This document shows positions 60,797 to 64,000 of a stretch of 64,000 nt of DNA, piece by piece. A program made the position numbers and the translations under genes. Each line of letters begins with the position of its first letter. Position 1 is the first letter of the stretch. The notes under the pieces were generated by a model, which was not told where the DNA came from, did not search any database, and worked only from the letters and a program-made list of their open reading frames with translations. The stretch is taken from assembly GCA_965220745.1 (NCBI GenBank), contig CBDCQT010000007.1, positions 128,001 through 192,000 on the forward strand. Reading direction: 5' to 3'. The stretch is from Alphaproteobacteria bacterium (GTDB lineage: Bacteria > Pseudomonadota > Alphaproteobacteria > UBA828).

Positions 60797-62784
60797 TTCC
60801 AGAGATCGGCCACTACGCCCTGATCCTCGCGCTTGCGATGGCGCTGGTGCAGGCGGCCGCCGCGCCGCTCGGCGCAAGGCTCCGCGATGGTGGCCTGATG
60901 GCGCTGGCGCGGCCGGCAGCACTGGCCCAGTTCGTCTTCATCTCGGCCGCGCTTGCCTGCCTGATGCAGGCCTTCGTCGTCTCAGACTTCTCGGTGGTGA
61001 CGGTCGCCGACAATTCCCATTCAGCCAAGCCGTTGCTCTACAAGTTCACCGGGACCTGGGGCAATCACGAAGGCTCCATGCTGCTCTGGGTGTGGATTCT
61101 CGCGGTCCACGGCGCCGCCGTGGCGGTCTTCGGGCGCAACCTGCCGCCGGCGTTCCGGGCCTGGGTGCTGGCCGTGCAGGCGCTGATCGGGCTCGGCTTC
61201 CTGGTCTTCGTGCTCGCCACCTCCAACCCCTTCCTGCGGCTCGATCCCGCACCGTTCGACGGGCGCGACCTCAACCCGCTGCTGCAGGACCCCGGCCTCG
61301 CCTTCCACCCGCCGCTGCTCTACCTCGGCTACGTCGGGCTCTCGACCGCCTTCTCCTTCGCTGTGGCCGCGCTGATTGAGGGGCGTGTGAACGCGGCCTG
61401 GGCGCGCTGGGTGCGGCCGTGGACGCTGCTCTCCTGGTGCGCGCTAACGGCCGGCATCGCCTTGGGTTCCTGGTGGGCCTACTACGAGCTTGGCTGGGGC
61501 GGATACTGGTTCTGGGACCCGGTGGAGAACGCCTCCTTCATGCCCTGGCTGATGGCGACCGCGCTGCTGCACTCCTCGATCGTGGCGGAGAAGCGGGACT
61601 CGCTCAAAAGCTGGACCGTGCTGCTCGCCATTCTCGGCTTTTCATTGAGCCTGCTCGGCACCTTCCTGGTGCGCTCCGGCGTACTGACCTCGGTGCACAG
61701 CTTCGCCTCCGACCCCGCGAGGGGAGTCTACATCCTGGTGTTCCTGGTGATCGTCGTCGGCGGCTCGCTCACGCTCTATGCCTGGCGGGCGCCGGGGATG
61801 CGGGCCGGCGGCTCGTTCCGCCCGCTCTCGCGCGAAAGTTCACTCTTGGCAAACAATCTGCTGCTGGCGGTCGGCTGTGCCACGGTCTTCATCGGCACGC
61901 TTTATCCGCTAATTCTCGACGCGATCGCGGACCAGAAGGTCTCGGTCGGCCCGCCTTTCTTCGAATCCACCTTCGTGCTCCTGATGATCCCCCTCCTCCT
62001 GATGATGGCGGTGGGGCCGCTCATGGCCTGGAAGCGCGCTGGTGCCAGCGCGGTGCTGCCACGTCTCGCAGTCTCGCTCCTCGCCGCCATCGCAGTGGCC
62101 GCGGCGGTCGGGGCGAGCGGCGGCGGACCCTGGGGTGCGGTGCTCGGCATGGCGCTCGCCGGTTGGGTGGCGGCGGGCGTGCTCACGGAATTCGCGGAGC
62201 GCGTGCGGCTCTTCCGCGTGCCGCCTGCCGAGAGCGCGCGCCGCGCCGTCGGCCTGCCGCGTGCGGCCTGGGCGATGAGCATCGCCCATCTGGGCGTGGC
62301 GGTGCTGGTGGTGGGCACGGTCGGCGCCGGCAATTGGCAGACCGAGCGGGAGCAGTCGATGCAACCCGGCGATACGGTCACCCTTGCCGGCTACGACTTC
62401 GAGCTGCAAAGCATCGGTGACGTGCCCGGTCCCAACTACATCGCGCGGCGCGGTGAGGTCCGGGTCTTGCGGGACGGCGAGAACGTCGCTCTCCTGCTGC
62501 CCGAACGCCGCCACTATCCGGTGCAGGACACCTGGACCACCGAGGCCGCGATCCACATGACTTGGATTTCCGATCTCTATGTCGTGGTCGGCGAGGATGC
62601 GCCGGGCGGCGGCACGGCGATCCGCGTCCATCACAATCCACTCGTGCCCTGGATTTGGATCGGTGCACTGGCCATGGTGGCCGGCGGAGTGGTCTCACTG
62701 ACCGACCGGCGCCACCGCGTGGGCGCGCCCACCCGCCGCCGGCATTCGGCGCCCGCTGTTGCCGCTGCCGGCACGGGCGAGTGA
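60793..62784 (+). CDS. ccmF: Cytochrome c heme lyase CcmF
   Basis: [38 protein letters not shown] and SVHSFA. Confidence 0.97.
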   Translation: MIPEIGHYALILALAMALVQAAAAPLGARLRDGGLMALARPAALAQFVFISAALACLMQAFVVSDFSVVTVADNSHSAKPLLYKFTGTWGNHEGSMLLWVWILAVHGAAVAVFGRNLPPAFRAWVLAVQALIGLGFLVFVLATSNPFLRLDPAPFDGRDLNPLLQDPGLAFHPPLLYLGYVGLSTAFSFAVAALIEGRVNAAWARWVRPWTLLSWCALTAGIALGSWWAYYELGWGGYWFWDPVENASFMPWLMATALLHSSIVAEKRDSLKSWTVLLAILGFSLSLLGTFLVRSGVLTSVHSFASDPARGVYILVFLVIVVGGSLTLYAWRAPGMRAGGSFRPLSRESSLLANNLLLAVGCATVFIGTLYPLILDAIADQKVSVGPPFFESTFVLLMIPLLLMMAVGPLMAWKRAGASAVLPRLAVSLLAAIAVAAAVGASGGGPWGAVLGMALAGWVAAGVLTEFAERVRLFRVPPAESARRAVGLPRAAWAMSIAHLGVAVLVVGTVGAGNWQTEREQSMQPGDTVTLAGYDFELQSIGDVPGPNYIARRGEVRVLRDGENVALLLPERRHYPVQDTWTTEAAIHMTWISDLYVVVGEDAPGGGTAIRVHHNPLVPWIWIGALAMVAGGVVSLTDRRHRVGAPTRRRHSAPAVAAAGTGE

Positions 62785-63404
62785 GAGGCCGCGAAGCCGT
62801 GGCGGAGAAGGGAACGGACGCCCCGGCAGAGGAGGCGCCTGCCCGCGCGCCGGTCTCCGCCGCCCGCAGGCTGCGCTATCTCGTGCCGATGTTCCTGTTC
62901 GTGGCGCTCGCCGCTGCGCTCGGCGTCCAATTGCTCACCGGCGATCCAGGCAAGGTTCCGTCGGCGCTGATCGACAAGCCGGTGCCGGAATTCTCGCTCC
63001 CGCCGGTCCAGGGGTTCGAGAACGCGGGCGGATTCGCGACCGCCGATCTCGGTAAGGGAGAGATTACGCTCGTCAACATCTTCGCTTCGTGGTGCGGTCC
63101 CTGCCGGGTCGAGCACCCGCTGCTCATGGCGCTCGCCGACGCCGGTACGATCCCGCTCTACGGCATTAACTATAAGGACACGCCGGACGACGCCGAGCGC
63201 TGGCTCGGCCGCCTCGGCAATCCCTACACGCTGATGGGGGCTGATCTCGATGGCCGGACCGGGATCGACTGGGGGGTCTATGGCATACCCGAGACCTTCG
63301 TGGTGGACGGTGCAGGCCGCATCCGCCACCGCCACGTGGGCGTGCTCTCGCAGCACGACCTCGACGAGACCATCCTGCCGCTGATCGAGGACCTGCGCGG
63401 ATGA
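62781..63404 (+). CDS. dsbE: Thiol:disulfide oxidoreductase CcmG/DsbE
   Basis: FASWCGPC, GINYKD and GVYGIPET. Confidence 0.92.
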   Translation: MRGREAVAEKGTDAPAEEAPARAPVSAARRLRYLVPMFLFVALAAALGVQLLTGDPGKVPSALIDKPVPEFSLPPVQGFENAGGFATADLGKGEITLVNIFASWCGPCRVEHPLLMALADAGTIPLYGINYKDTPDDAERWLGRLGNPYTLMGADLDGRTGIDWGVYGIPETFVVDGAGRIRHRHVGVLSQHDLDETILPLIEDLRG

Positions 63405-63889
63405 GGGCCATGCGGCGGGCGCTGCTTGGCGCAACGTGCGCGCTCTGGCTTGGACTCGCGGCGGGCCCCGGCCTGGCTTTCACGCCCGACGAGCCGCTCG
63501 CTGACTCCGCGCTCGAAGCACGCGCCCGGGCACTCCATGCGGAGCTTCGCTGCATGGTGTGCCAGGGCCAGTCGATCGCCGATTCCAACGCGCCGCTGGC
63601 GCAGGACATGCGCGCCATCGTCCGGGAGCGCATCGTGGCCGGCGCGAGCGACGATGACGTGAGGGGCTTCCTGACCGACCGCTACGGCGATTACGTTCTG
63701 CTTGACCCACCGGTGAAGCCCGAGACCTACGCGCTCTGGTTTGGGCCGGCTGCCGTTTTCGTTGCCGGCGCCGCCATTGCCTTCGCGCTCGTGCGCCGGA
63801 CGAGGGCCGGCGCGCGGGATGCGGGGGCGGCACCCCTTTCCGCCGAGGAGCGCCGGCGGCTCGACGCGCTTCTCGACGACGACGCCTAG
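63401..63889 (+). CDS. ccmH: Cytochrome c biogenesis protein CcmH
   Basis: LRCMVCQGQSIADSNA and RYGDYVL. Confidence 0.93.
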   Translation: MRAMRRALLGATCALWLGLAAGPGLAFTPDEPLADSALEARARALHAELRCMVCQGQSIADSNAPLAQDMRAIVRERIVAGASDDDVRGFLTDRYGDYVLLDPPVKPETYALWFGPAAVFVAGAAIAFALVRRTRAGARDAGAAPLSAEERRRLDALLDDDA

Positions 63890-63900
63890 CCCGGCGACCG

Positions 63901-64000
63901 ATGATCTTCGCGCTCGTCGCCGCATTGCTGACGGCGCTCGCCGTCGCGGCGGTGCTGATCCCCGTATTGCGCCGGCACCGGCGGAACCCGTCGCGGGCGG
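63901..64000 (+). CDS. ccmI: Probable CcmI/CycH N-terminus (runs off the window)
   Basis: MIFALVAALLTALAVAAVLIPVLRR TM start after ccmH. Confidence 0.65.
   Translation, partial: MIFALVAALLTALAVAAVLIPVLRRHRRNPSRA

Overview
High-GC alphaproteobacterial chromosome segment (Rhodospirillales/Kiloniellales-like gene order; a host-associated lifestyle such as a sponge symbiont is possible but only inferred). Core blocks: mrdA-rodA; metH under a SAM-II riboswitch; rpsF-rpsR-rplI-cfa-dnaB; fabD-fabG-acpP-fabF-mltG-yicC-gmk; lptF-lptG-lptD-surA-rsmA with no pdxA; tRNA-Cys; leuS-lptE-holA; ccmDEFGHI. The main accessory feature is a ~14 kb zinc-starvation island (14.9-29.1 kb) built from two parallel divergent modules, each of the form zur <- Zur box -> enzyme. 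It holds one intact and one frameshifted zur, three COG0523 GTPases (one truncated), an Azt/Znu-type ABC importer with a repeat-expanded His loop, paralog-type cysS, hisI (Cys->Asp), gamma-carbonic anhydrase and folE, DUF1826/DUF1636/DUF1289/WD40 proteins, two small ORFs missing from the ORF track, and a deacetylase interrupted by a single TGA. Around it lie IS21/IS630/DUF4338 debris, a diverged internal fragment of a second metH, phn remnants and an orphan RfaH-like gene behind a LexA-like array. Also noted: a cluster of DnaA-box-like 9-mers upstream of dnaB, and an N-carbamoylsarcosine amidase plus two amidases beside tRNA-Cys. No CRISPR array, rRNA or intact mobile element was seen. All family calls come from motif recognition, not database searches.
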